Shown in pieces: positions 39,001 through 53,800 of a stretch of 64,000 nt of DNA. Every line of letters starts with the position of its first letter. The first letter of the stretch is position 1. Source of the DNA: Paragordius varius (lineage: Eukaryota > Animalia > Nematomorpha); contig OZ176056.1 of NCBI GenBank assembly GCA_964247055.1, positions 9,238,001-9,302,000 of the forward strand. Reading direction: 5' to 3'. A program made the translations under genes and the position numbers. The notes under the pieces are model-generated. The model saw nothing but the letters and a program-made list of their open reading frames with translations. It searched no databases and was not told where the DNA came from.

Positions 39001-42000
39001 TAACTTTTTAGTGTTTTCAACAATCAAACATATATTTTCACCATTCAATAATTTTTCCAACAATCAAAATATGTTCCTTAATAACTTTTAGTGTTTTCAA
39101 CAATCAAACATATATTTTTATCAATCAAATAATTTTTCCAATAATCAAAATATATTGCCCAATAACTTTTTAGTGTTTCCAACAATCAAACATATATTTA
39201 AAACATTCATTTTATATTTCTAACAATGAAAATATGTTGCCTAATAACATTTTAGTGTTTTCAACAAACAAACATATATTTTTATCAATCAAATAAATAT
39301 TCCAACAATCAAAATATGTTGCCTAATAACATTTTAGTGTTTCCAACAATCAAATAATATATTTTTAACAATCAAATAATTTTTTGAAGAATCAAAATAT
39401 GTTGCCCAATAACTTTTTAGTGTTTCCAACCATCAAACATAGATTTTTATCAATCAAATAATTTTTCCAATAATCAAAATATATTGCCCAATCTTTTTAG
39501 TGTTTCCAACAATCAAACATATATTTTTATCAATCAAATAATTTTTCCAATAATCAAAATATATTGCCCAATAACTTTTTAGTGTTTCCAACAATCAAAC
39601 ATATATTTAAAACATTCATATTATATTTCTAACAATGAAAATATGTTGCCTAATAACATTTTAGTGTTTCCAACAATCAAACATATATTTTTAACAATCA
39701 AATAATTTTTTGAAGAATCAAAATATGTTGCCTAATAACTTTTTAGTGTTTCCAACAATCAAACATATATTTTTATCAATCAAATAAATTTTCCAATAAT
39801 CAAAATATATTGCCTAATAACTTTTTAGTGTTACCAACAATCAAACATATATTTAAAACATTCATATTATATTTCTAACAATGAAAATATGTTGCCTAAT
39901 AACATTTTAGTGTTTTCAACAATCAAACATATATTTTTATCAATCAAATAATTTTTTGAAGAATCAAAATATGTTGCTTTATCACTTTTTAGTCTTTTCA
40001 ACAATCAAACATATATTTTTATCAATCAAATAATTTTTCCAATAATCAAAATATATTGCCCAATAACTTTTTAGTGTTTCCAACAATCAAACATATATTT
40101 TTATCAATCAAATAATTTTTCCAACAATCAAAATATGTTGCCCAATAACTTTTTAGTGTTTCCAACAATCAAACATATATTTTTATCAATCAAATAATTT
40201 TTCCAACAATCAAAATATGTTGCCCAATAACTTTTTAGTGTTTCCAACAATCAAACATATATTTTTATCAATCAAATAAATTTTCCAACAATCAAAATAT
40301 GTTGCCCAATAACTTTTTAGTGTTTCCAACAATCAAACATATATTTTTATCAATCAAATAAATTTTCCAACAATCAAAATATGTTGTCCAATAACTTTTT
40401 AGTGTTTTCAACAATCAAACATATATTTTCACCATTCAATAATTTTTCCAACAATCAAAATATGTTCCTTAATAACTTTTAGTGTTTTCAACAATCAAAC
40501 ATAAATTTTTATCAATCAAATAATTTTTCCAACAATCAAGTATGTTGCCCAATAACTTTTTAGTGTTTCCAACAATCAAACATTTATTTTTATCAATCAA
40601 ATAATTTTTCCAGAAATCAAAATATGTTGCCTAATAATTTTTTAGTGTTTCCAACAATCAAACATATATTTTCAACATTCAAAAAATTTTTCCAAAAATC
40701 AAAATATGTTGCCCATTGACTTTTTAGTGTTTCCAACAATCAAACATATATTTTTATCAATCAAATAATTTTTCCAACAATCAAAATATGTTGCCCAATA
40801 ACTTTTTAGTGTTTCCAACAATCAAACATATATTTTTATCAATCAAATAATTTTTCCAACAATCAAAATATGTTGCCTAATAACTTTTTAGTTTTTCCAA
40901 CAATCAAACATATATTTTTATCAATCAAATAATTTTTCCAATAATCAAAATATGTTGCCTAATAACTTTTTAGTGTTTCCAACAATCAAACATATATTTT
41001 TATCAATCAAATAATTTTTCCAACAATCAAAATATGTTGCCTAATAACTTTTTAGTTTTTCCAACAATCAAACATATATTTTTATCAATCAAATAATTTT
41101 TCCAACAATCAAGTTATGTTGCCCAATAACTTTTTAGTGTTTCCAACAATCAAACATATATTTTTATCAATCAAATAATTTTTCCAACAATTAAAATATG
41201 TTGCCCAATAACTTTTTAGTGTTTCCAACAATCAAACATATATTTTTATCAATCAAATAATTTTTCCAACAATTAAAATATGTTGCCCAATAACTTTTTA
41301 GTGTTTCCAACAATCAAACATATATTTTTATCAATCAAATAATTTTTCCAACAATCAAGTTATGTTGCCCAATAACTTTTTAGTGTTTCCAACAATCAAA
41401 CATATATTTTTATCAATCAAATAATTTTTCCAACAATCAAAATATGTTGCCTAATAACTTTTTACTTTTTCCAACAATCAAACATATATTTTTATCAATC
41501 AAATAATTTTTCCAACAATCAAAATATGTTGCCCAATAACTTTTTAGTGTTTCCAACAATCAAACATATATTTTTATCAATCAAATAATTTTTCCAACAA
41601 TCAAAATATGTTGGCTAATAACTTTTTAGTGTTTTCAACAATCAAACATATATTTTCACCATTCAATAATTTTTCCAACAATCAAAATATGTTCCTTAAT
41701 AACTTTTAGTGTTTTCAACAATCAAACATAATTTTTATCAATCAAATAATTTTCCCACAATCAAAATATGTTGCCTAATAACTTTTTAGTGTTTCCAACA
41801 ATCAAACATATATTTTTATCAATCAAATAATTTTTCCAACAATTAAAATATGTTGGCTAATAACTTTTTAGTGTTTCCAACAATCAAACATAAATTTTTA
41901 TCAATCAAATAATTTTTCCAACAATCAAAATATGTTGCCCAATAACTTTTTAGTGTTTCCAACAATCAAACATATATTTTTATCAATCAAATAATTTTTC

Positions 42001-42130
42001 CAACAATCAAAATATGTTGGCTAATAACTTTTTAGTGTTTTCAACAATCAAACATATATTTTCACCATTCAATAATTTTTCCAACAATCAAAATATGTTC
42101 CTTAATAACTTTTAGTGTTTTCAACAATCA
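36075..42130. repeat. Tandem duplication of a 3,024-bp (37-monomer) satellite block
   Basis: Four rare variants are offset by exactly 3024: 36181/39205, 36951/39975, 37589/40613, 37694/40718. Confidence 0.93.
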
Positions 42131-45100
42131 AACATAATTTTTATCAATCAAATAATTTTCCCACAATCAAAATATGTTGCCTAATAACTTTTTAGTGTTT
42201 CCAACAATCAAACATATATTTTTATCAATCAAATAATTTTTCCAACAATCAAAATATGTTGGCTAATAACTTTTTAGTGTTTTCAACAATCAAACATAAA
42301 TTTTTATCAATCAAATAATTTTTCCAACAATCAAGTATGTTGCCCAATAACTTTTTAGTGTTTCCAACAATCAAACATTTATTTTTATCAATCAAATAAT
42401 TTTTCCAACAATCAAGTTATGTTGCCCAATAACTTTTTAGTGTTTCCAACAATCAAACATATATTTTTATCAATCAAATAATTTTTCCAACAATCAAAAT
42501 ATGTTGCCCAATAACTTTTTAGTGTTTCCAACAATCAAACATAAATTTTTATCAATCAAATAATTTTTCCAACAATCAAGTATGTTGCCCAATAACTTTT
42601 TAGTGTTTCCAACAATCAAACATTTATTTTTATCAATCAAATAATTTTTCCAACAATCAAGTTATGTTGCCCAATAACTTTTTAGTGTTTCCAACAATCA
42701 AACATATATTTTTATCAATCAAATAATTTTTCCAACAATCAAAATATGTTGCCCAATAACTTTTTAGTGTTTCCAACAATCAAACATATATTTTTATCAA
42801 TCAAATAATTTTTCCAACAATCAAAATATGTTGTCCATTAACATTTTAGTGTTTTCAACAATTAAACATATATTTTTATCAATCAAATAATTTTTCCAAC
42901 AATAAAATATGTTGCCTAATAACTTTTTAGTGTTTTCAACAATTAAACATATATTTTTATCAATAAAATAATTTTTCCAACAATCAAAATATGTTGTCCA
43001 TTAACATTTTAGTGTTTTCAACAATTAAACATATATTTTTATCAATCAAATAATTTTTCCAACAATAAAATATGTTGCCTAATAACTTTAGTGTTTTCAA
43101 CAATCAAACATATATTTTTATCAATAAAATAATTTTTCCAACAATCAAAATATGTTGCCTAACTTTTTAGTGTTTCCAACAATCAAACATATATTTTTAT
43201 CAATCAAATAATTTTTCCAACAATCAAAATATGTTGCGCAATAACTTTTTAGTGTTTTCAACAATCAAACATATATTTTTATCAATCAAATAATTTTTCC
43301 AACAATCAAAATATGTTGTCCATTAACATTTTAGTGTTTTCAACAATTAAACATATATTTATATCAATCAAATAATTTTTCCAACAATCAAAATATGTTG
43401 CCTAACTTTTTAGTGTTTCCAACAATCAAACATATATTTTTATCAATCAAATAATTTTTCCAACAATCAAAATATGTTGCCTAATAACTTTTTAGTGTTT
43501 TCAACAATCAAACATATATTTTTATCAATCAAATAATTTTTCCAACAATCAAAATATGTTGTCCATTAACATTTTAGTGTTTTCAACAATTAAACATATA
43601 TTTATATCAATCAAATAATTTTTCCAACAATCAAAATATGTTGCCTAACTTTTTAGTGTTTCCAACAATCAAACATATATTTTTATCAATCAAATAATTT
43701 TTCCAACAATAAAATATGTTGCCTAATAACTTTAGTGTTTTCAACAATCAAACATATATTTTTATCAATCAAATAATTTTTCCAACAATCAAAATATGTT
43801 GTCCATTAACATTTTAGTGTTTTCAACTATTAAACATATATTTTTATCAATTAAATAATTCTTCCAACAATCAAAATATGTTGCCTAATAACTTTAGTGT
43901 TTTCAACAATCAAACATATATTTTTATCAATCAAATAATTTTTCCAACAATCAAAATATGTTCCCCAATAACATTTAGTGTTATCAACTATTAAACATAT
44001 ATTTTTATCAATCAAATAATTTTTCAAACAATCAAAATATGTTGCCTAATAACTTTTTAGTGATTTCAACAATCAAACATATATTTTTATCAATCAAATA
44101 ATTTTTCCAACAATCAAAATATGTTGCCCAATAACTTTTTAGTGTTTTCAACTTAAGCATATATTTTTATCAATCAAATAATTTTTCCAACAATCAAAAT
44201 ATGTTGCCTAATAAATTTTTAGTGTTTTCAACAATCAAACATATATTTTTATCAATCAAATAATTTTTCCAACAATCAAAATATGTTGCCTAATAACTTT
44301 TTAGTGTTTTCAACAATTAAACATATATTTTTATCAATCAAATAATTTTTCCAACAATCAAAATATGTTGCCTAATAAATTTTTAGTGTTTTCAACAATC
44401 AAACATATATTTTTATCAATCAAATAATTTTTCCAACAATCAAAATATGTTGCCTAATAAATTTTTAGTGTTTTCAACAATAAAACATATATTTTTATCA
44501 ATCAAATAATTTTTCCAACAATTAAAATATGTTGCCCAATAACATTTTAGTGTTTTCAACTATTAATTATCAATCAAATAATTTTTCCAACAATCAAAAT
44601 ATGTTGCCCAATAACTTTTTAGTGTTTTCAACAATTAAACATATATTTTTATCAATCAAATAATTTTTCCAACAATCAAAATATGTTGCCTAATAACTTT
44701 TTAGTGTTTTCAACAATCAAACATATATTTTTATCAATCAAATAATTTTTCCAACAATCAAAATATGTTGTCCATTAACATTTTAGTGTTTTCAACTATT
44801 AAACATATATTTTTATCAATTAAATAATTCTTCCAACAATCAAAATATGTTGCCTAATAACTTTTTAGTGTTTTCAACAATCAAACATATATTTTTATCA
44901 ATCAAATAATTTTTCCAACAATCAAAATATGTTGTCCATTAACATTTTAGTGTTTTCAACTATTAAACATATATTTTTATCAATCAAATAATTTTTTAAA
45001 CAATCAAAATATGTTGCCTAATAACTTTTTAGTGTTTTCAACAATTAAGCATATATTTTTATCAATCAAATAATTTTTCCAACAATCAAAATATGTTGCC

Positions 45101-46024
45101 TAATAAATTTTTCGTGTTTTCAACAATCAAACATATATTTTTATCAATCAAATAATTTTTCCAACAATCAAAATATGTTGCCTAATAAATTTTTAGTGTT
45201 ATCAACAATCAAACATATATTTTTATCAATCAAATAATTTTTCCAACAATCAAAATATGTTGTCCATTAACATTTTAGTGTTTTCAACTATTAAACATAT
45301 ATTTTTATCAATCAAATAATTTTTCCAACAATCAAAATATGTTGCCCAATAACTTTTTAGTGTTTTCAACAATTAAGCATATATTTTTATCAATCAAATA
45401 ATTTTTCCAACAATCAAAATATGTTGCCTAATAAATTTTTCGTGTTTTCAACAATCAAACATATATTTTTATCAATCAAATAATTTTTCCAACAATCAAA
45501 ATATGTTGCCTAATAAATTTTTAGTGTTTTCAACAATAAAACATATATTTTTATCAATCAAATAATTTTTCCAACAATCAAAATATGTTGCCTAATAAAT
45601 TTTTAGTGTTTTCAACAATCAAACATATATTTTTATCAATCAAATAATTTTTCCGACAATCAAAATATGTTGCCTAATAACCTTTTAGTGTTTCCAACAA
45701 TCAAACATATATTTTTATCAATCAAATAATTTCAACAATTAAAATATGTTGCCTAATAACTTTTTAGTGTTTTCAACAATCAAACATATATTTTTATCAA
45801 TCAAATAATTTTTCCAACAATCAAAATATGTTGCCTAATAACTTTTTAGTGTTTTCAACAATTAAACATATATTTTTATCAACCAAATAATTTTTCAACA
45901 ATCAAAATATGTTGCCCAATAACTTTAGTGTTTTCAACAATCAAACATATATTTTTATCAATCAAATAATTTTTCCAACAATCATAATATGTTGCCCAAT
46001 AACATTTAGTGTTTTCAACAATTA

Positions 46025-49000
46025 AACATATATTTTTATCAATCAAATAATTTTTCCAACAATCAAAATATGTTGCCTAATAACTTTTTAGTGTTTTCAA
46101 CAATCAAACATATATTTTTATCAATCAAATAATTTTTCCAACAATCAAAATATGTTGTCCATTAACATTTTAGTGTTTTCAACAATTAAACATATATTTT
46201 TATCAATCAAATAATTTTTCCAACAATAAAATATGTTGCCTAATAACTTTTTAGTGTTTTCAACAATCAAACATATATTTTTATCAATCAAATAATTTTT
46301 CCAACAATCAAAATATGTTGTCCATTAACATTTTAGTGTTTTCAACAATTAAACATATATTTATATCAATCAAATAATTTTTCCAACAATCAAAATATGT
46401 TGCCTAACTTTTTAGTGTTTCCAACAATCAAACATATATTTTTATCAATCAAATAATTTTTCCAACAATCAAAATATGTTGCCTAATAACTTTTTAGTGT
46501 TTTCAACAATCAAACATATATTTTTATCAATCAAATAATTTTTCCAACAATCAAAATATGTTGTCCATTAACATTTTAGTGTTTTCAACAATTAAACATA
46601 TATTTTTATCAATCAAATAATTTTTCCAACAATAAAATATGTTGCCTAATAACTTTTTAGTGTTTTCAACAATCAAACATATATTTTTATCAATCAAATA
46701 ATTTTTCCAACAATCAAAATATGTTGTCCATTAACATTTTAGTGTTTTCAACAATTAAACATATATTTATATCAATCAAATAATTTTTCCAACAATCAAA
46801 ATATGTTGCCTAATAACTTTTTAGTGTTTTCAACAATCAAACATATATTTTTATCAATCAAATAATTTTTCCAACAATCAAAATATGTTGTCCATTAACA
46901 TTTTAGTGTTTTCAACTATTAAACATATATTTTTATCAATTAAATAATTCTTCCAACAATCAAAATATGTTGCCTAATAACTTTAGTGTTTTCAACAATC
47001 AAACATATATTTTTATCAATCAAATAATTTTTCCAACAATCAAAATATGTTCCCCAATAACATTTAGTGTTATCAACTATTAAACATATATTTTTATCAA
47101 TCAAATAATTTTTCAAACAATCAAAATATGTTGCCTAATAACTTTTTAGTGTTTTCAACTTAAGCATATATTTTTATCAATCAAATAATTTTTCCAACAA
47201 TCAAAATATGTTGCCTAATAAATTTTTAGTGTTTTCAACAATCAAACATATATTTTTATCAATCAAATAATTTTTCCAACAATCAAAATATGTTGCCTAA
47301 TAACTTTTTAGTGTTTTCAACAATTAAACATATATTTTTATCAATCAAATAATTTTTCAAACAATCAAAATATGTTGCCTAATAACTTTTTAGTGTTTTC
47401 AACTTAAGCATATATTTTTATCAATCAAATAATTTTTCCAACAATCAAAATATGTTGCCTAATAAATTTTTAGTGTTTTCAACAATCAAACATATATTTT
47501 TATCAATCAAATAATTTTTCCAACAATCAAAATATGTTCCCCAATAACATTTAGTGTTATCAACTATTAAACATATATTTTTATCAATCAAATAATTTTT
47601 CAAACAATCAAAATATGTTGCCTAATAACTTTTTAGTGTTTTCAACTTAAGCATATATTTTTATCAATCAAATAATTTTTCCAACAATCAAAATATGTTG
47701 CCTAATAAATTTTTAGTGTTTTCAACAATCAAACATATATTTTTATCAATCAAATAATTTTTCCAACAATCAAAATATGTTGCCCAATAACTTTTTAGTG
47801 TTTTCAACTTAAGCATATATTTTTATCAATCAAATAATTTATCCAACAATCAAAATATGTTGCCTAATAAATTTTTAGTGTTTTCAACAATCAAACATAT
47901 ATTTTTATCAATCAAATAATTTTTCCAACAATCAAAATATGTTGCCCAATAACTTTTTAGTGTTTTCAACAATTAAGCATATATTTTTATCAATCAAATA
48001 ATTTTTCCAACAATCAAAATATGTTGCCTAATAAATTTTTAGTGTTTTCAACAATCAAACATATATTTTTATCAATCAAATAATTTTTCCAACAATCAAA
48101 ATATGTTGCCTAATAACTTTTTAGTGTTTTCAACAATTAAACATATATTTTTATCAATCAAATAATTTTTCCAACAATCAAAATATGTTGCCTAATAAAT
48201 TTTTAGTGTTTTCAACAATCAAACATATATTTTTATCAATCAAATAATTTTTCCAACAATCAAAATATGTTGCCTAATAAATTTTTAGTGTTTTCAACAA
48301 TAAAACATATATTTTTATCAATCAAATAATTTTTCCAACAATTAAAATATGTTGCCCAATAACATTTTAGTGTTTTCAACTATTAATTATCAATCAAATA
48401 ATTTTTCCAACAATCAAAATATGTTGCCCAATAACTTTTTAGTGTTTCCAACAATCAAACATATATTTTTATCAATCAAATAATTTTTCCAACAATCAAA
48501 ATATGTTGCCTAATAACTTTTTAGTGTTTTCAACAATCAAACATATATTTTTATCAATCAAATAATTTTTCCAACAATCAAAATATGTTGTCCATTAACA
48601 TTTTAGTGTTTTCAACAATTAAACATATATTTTTATCAATCAAATAATTTTTCCAACAATAAAATATGTTGCCTAATAACTTTTTAGTGTTTTCAACAAT
48701 CAAACATATATTTTTATCAATCAAATAATTTTTCCAACAATCAAAATATGTTGTCCATTAACATTTTAGTGTTTTCAACAATTAAACATATATTTATATC
48801 AATCAAATAATTTTTCCAACAATCAAAATATGTTGCCTAACTTTTTAGTGTTTCCAACAATCAAACATATATTTTTATCAATCAAATAATTTTTCCAACA
48901 ATCAAAATATGTTGCCTAATAACTTTTTAGTGTTTTCAACAATCAAACATATATTTTTATCAATCAAATAATTTTTCCAACAATCAAAATATGTTGTCCA

Positions 49001-50860
49001 TTAACATTTTAGTGTTTTCAACAATTAAACATATATTTTTATCAATCAAATAATTTTTCCAACAATAAAATATGTTGCCTAATAACTTTTTAGTGTTTTC
49101 AACAATCAAACATATATTTTTATCAATCAAATAATTTTTCCAACAATCAAAATATGTTGTCCATTAACATTTTAGTGTTTTCAACAATTAAACATATATT
49201 TATATCAATCAAATAATTTTTCCAACAATCAAAATATGTTGCCTAATAACTTTTTAGTGTTTTCAACAATCAAACATATATTTTTATCAATCAAATAATT
49301 TTTCCAACAATCAAAATATGTTGTCCATTAACATTTTAGTGTTTTCAACTATTAAACATATATTTTTATCAATTAAATAATTCTTCCAACAATCAAAATA
49401 TGTTGCCTAATAACTTTAGTGTTTTCAACAATCAAACATATATTTTTATCAATCAAATAATTTTTCCAACAATCAAAATATGTTCCCCAATAACATTTAG
49501 TGTTATCAACTATTAAACATATATTTTTATCAATCAAATAATTTTTCAAACAATCAAAATATGTTGCCTAATAACTTTTTAGTGTTTTCAACTTAAGCAT
49601 ATATTTTTATCAATCAAATAATTTTTCCAACAATCAAAATATGTTGCCTAATAAATTTTTAGTGTTTTCAACAATCAAACATATATTTTTATCAATCAAA
49701 TAATTTTTCCAACAATCAAAATATGTTGCCTAATAACTTTTTAGTGTTTTCAACAATTAAACATATATTTTTATCAATCAAATAATTTTTCAAACAATCA
49801 AAATATGTTGCCTAATAACTTTTTAGTGTTTTCAACTTAAGCATATATTTTTATCAATCAAATAATTTTTCCAACAATCAAAATATGTTGCCTAATAAAT
49901 TTTTAGTGTTTTCAACAATCAAACATATATTTTTATCAATCAAATAATTTTTCCAACAATCAAAATATGTTCCCCAATAACATTTAGTGTTATCAACTAT
50001 TAAACATATATTTTTATCAATCAAATAATTTTTCAAACAATCAAAATATGTTGCCTAATAACTTTTTAGTGTTTTCAACTTAAGCATATATTTTTATCAA
50101 TCAAATAATTTTTCCAACAATCAAAATATGTTGCCTAATAAATTTTTAGTGTTTTCAACAATCAAACATATATTTTTATCAATCAAATAATTTTTCCAAC
50201 AATCAAAATATGTTGCCCAATAACTTTTTAGTGTTTTCAACTTAAGCATATATTTTTATCAATCAAATAATTTATCCAACAATCAAAATATGTTGCCTAA
50301 TAAATTTTTAGTGTTTTCAACAATCAAACATATATTTTTATCAATCAAATAATTTTTCCAACAATCAAAATATGTTGCCCAATAACTTTTTAGTGTTTTC
50401 AACAATTAAGCATATATTTTTATCAATCAAATAATTTTTCCAACAATCAAAATATGTTGCCTAATAAATTTTTAGTGTTTTCAACAATCAAACATATATT
50501 TTTATCAATCAAATAATTTTTCCAACAATCAAAATATGTTGCCTAATAACTTTTTAGTGTTTTCAACAATTAAACATATATTTTTATCAATCAAATAATT
50601 TTTCCAACAATCAAAATATGTTGCCTAATAAATTTTTAGTGTTTTCAACAATCAAACATATATTTTTATCAATCAAATAATTTTTCCAACAATCAAAATA
50701 TGTTGCCTAATAAATTTTTAGTGTTTTCAACAATAAAACATATATTTTTATCAATCAAATAATTTTTCCAACAATTAAAATATGTTGCCCAATAACATTT
50801 TAGTGTTTTCAACTATTAATTATCAATCAAATAATTTTTCCAACAATCAAAATATGTTGC
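46025..50860. repeat. Tandem duplication of a 2,433-bp (~30-monomer) satellite block
   Basis: Markers offset by 2433: 46158/48591, 47052/49485, 47539/49972, 47841/50274, 48381/50814. Confidence 0.93.
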
Positions 50861-53800
50861 CTAATAACTTTTTAGTGTTTCCAACAATCAAACATATATT
50901 TTTATCAATCAAATAATTTTCCCAACAATCAAAATATGTTGCCTAATAACTTTTTAGTGTTTTCAACAATCAAACATATATTTTTATCAATCAAATAATT
51001 TTTCCAACAATCAAAATATGTTGTCCATTAACATTTTAGTGTTTTCAACTATTAAACATATATTTTTATCAATTAAATAATTCTTCCAACAATCAAAATA
51101 TGTTGCCTAATAACTTTTTAGTGTTTTCAACAATCAAACATATATTTTTATCAATCAAATAATTTTTCCAACAATCAAAATATGTTGTCCATTAACATTT
51201 TAGTGTTTTCAACTATTAAACATATATTTTTATCAATCAAATAATTTTTCCAACAATTAAAATATGTTGCCCAATAACATTTTAGTGTTTTCAACTATTA
51301 ATTATCAATCAAATAATTTTTCCAACAATTAAAATATGTTGCCCAATAACTTTTTAGTGTTTCCAACAATCAAACATATATTTTTATCAATCAAATAATT
51401 TTCCCAACAATCAAAATATGTTGCCTAATAACTTTTTAGTGTTTTCAACAATCAAACATATATTTTTATCAATCAAATAATTTTTCCAACAATCAAAATA
51501 TGTTGTCCATTAACATTTTAGTGTTTTCAACTATTAAACATATATTTTTATCAATTAAATAATTCTTCCAACAATCAAAATATGTTGCCTAATAACTTTT
51601 TAGTGTTTTCAACAATCAAACATATATTTTTATCAATCAAATAATTTTTCCAACAATCAAAATATGTTGTCCATTAACATTTTAGTGTTTTCAACTATTA
51701 AACATATATTTTTATCAATTAAATAATTCTTCCAACAATCAAAATATGTTGCCTAATAACTTTTTAGTGTTTTCAACAATCAAACATATATTTTTATCAA
51801 TCAAATAATTTTTCCAACAATCAAAATATGTTGTCCATTAACATTTTAGTGTTTTCAACTATTAAACATATATTTTTATCAATTAAATAATTCTTCCAAC
51901 AATCAAAATATGTTGCCTAATAACTTTTTAGTGTTTTCAACAATCAAACATATATTTTTATCAATCAAATAATTTTTCCAACAATCAAAATATGTTGTCC
52001 ATTAACATTTTAGTGTTTTCAACTATTAAACATATATTTTTATCAATTAAATAATTCTTCCAACAATCAAAATATGTTGCCTAATAACTTTTTAGTGTTT
52101 TCAACAATCAAACATATATTTTTATCAATCAAATAATTTTTCCAACAATCAAAATATGTTGTCCATTAACATTTTAGTGTTTTCAACTATTAAACATATA
52201 TTTTTATCAATCAAATAATTTTTTAAACAATCAAAATATGTTGCCTAATAACTTTTTAGTGTTTTCAACAATTAAGCATATATTTTTATCAATCAAATAA
52301 TTTTTCCAACAATCAAAATATGTTGCCTAATAAATTTTTAGTGTTATCAACTATTAAACATATATTTTTATCAATCAAATAATTTTTCCAACAATCAAAA
52401 TATGTTGCCTAATAACTTTTTAGTGTTTTCAACAATTAAACATATATTTTTATCAATTAAATAATTCTTCCAACAATCAAAATATGTTGCCTAATAACTT
52501 TTTAGTGTTTTCAACAATCAAACATATATTTTTATCAATCAAATAATTTTTCCAACAATCAAAATATGTTGTCCATTAACATTTTAGTGTTTTCAACTAT
52601 TAAACATATATTTTTATCAATCAAATAATTTTTCCAACAATCAAAATATGTTGCCCAATAACTTTTTAGTGTTTTCAACAATTAAGCATATATTTTTATC
52701 AATCAAATAATTTTTCCAACAATCAAAATATGTTGCCTAATAAATTTTTCGTGTTTTCAACAATCAAACATATATTTTTATCAATCAAATAATTTTTCCA
52801 ACAATCAAAATATGTTGCCTAATAAATTTTTAGTGTTATCAACTATTAAACATATATTTTTATCAATCAAATAATTTTTCCAACAATCAAAATATGTTGC
52901 CTAATAACTTTTTAGTGTTTTCAACAATTAAACATATATTTTTATCAATCAAATAATTTTTCCAACAATCTAAATATGTTGCCTAATAAATTTTTAGTGT
53001 TTTCAACAATCAAACATATATTTTTATCATTCAAATAATTTTTCCAACAATCAAAATATGTTGCCTAATAAATTTTTAGTGTTTTCAACAATAAAACATA
53101 TATTTTTATCAATCAAATAATTTTTCCAACAATTAAAATATGTTGCCCAATAACATTTTAGTGTTTTCAACTATTAATTATCAATCAAATAATTTTTCCA
53201 ACAATCAAAATATGTTGCCTAATAAATTTTTAGTGTTTTCAACAATAAAACATATATTTTTATCAATCAAATAATTTTTCCAACAATCAAAATATGTTGC
53301 CTAATAACTTTTTAGTGTTTTCAACAATTAAACATATATTTTTATCAATCAAATAATTTTTCCAACAATCAAAATATGTTGCCTAATAAATTTTTAGTGT
53401 TTTCAACAATCAAACATATATTTTTATCATTCAAATAATTTTTCCAACAATCAAAATATGTTGCCTAATAAATTTTTAGTGTTTTCAACAATTAAACATA
53501 TATTTTTATCAATCAAATAATTTTTCCAACAATTAAAATATGTTGCCCAATAACATTTTAGTGTTTTCAACTATTAATTATCAATCAAATAATTTTTCCA
53601 ACAATCAAAATATGTTGCCTAATAAATTTTTAGTGTTTTCAACAATAAAACATATATTTTTATCAATCAAATAATTTTTCCAACAATCAAAATATGTTGC
53701 CTAATAACTTTTTAGTGTTTTCTACAATCAAACATATATTTTTATCAATCAAATAATTTTTCCAACAATCAAAATATGTTGTCCATTAACATTTTAGTGT

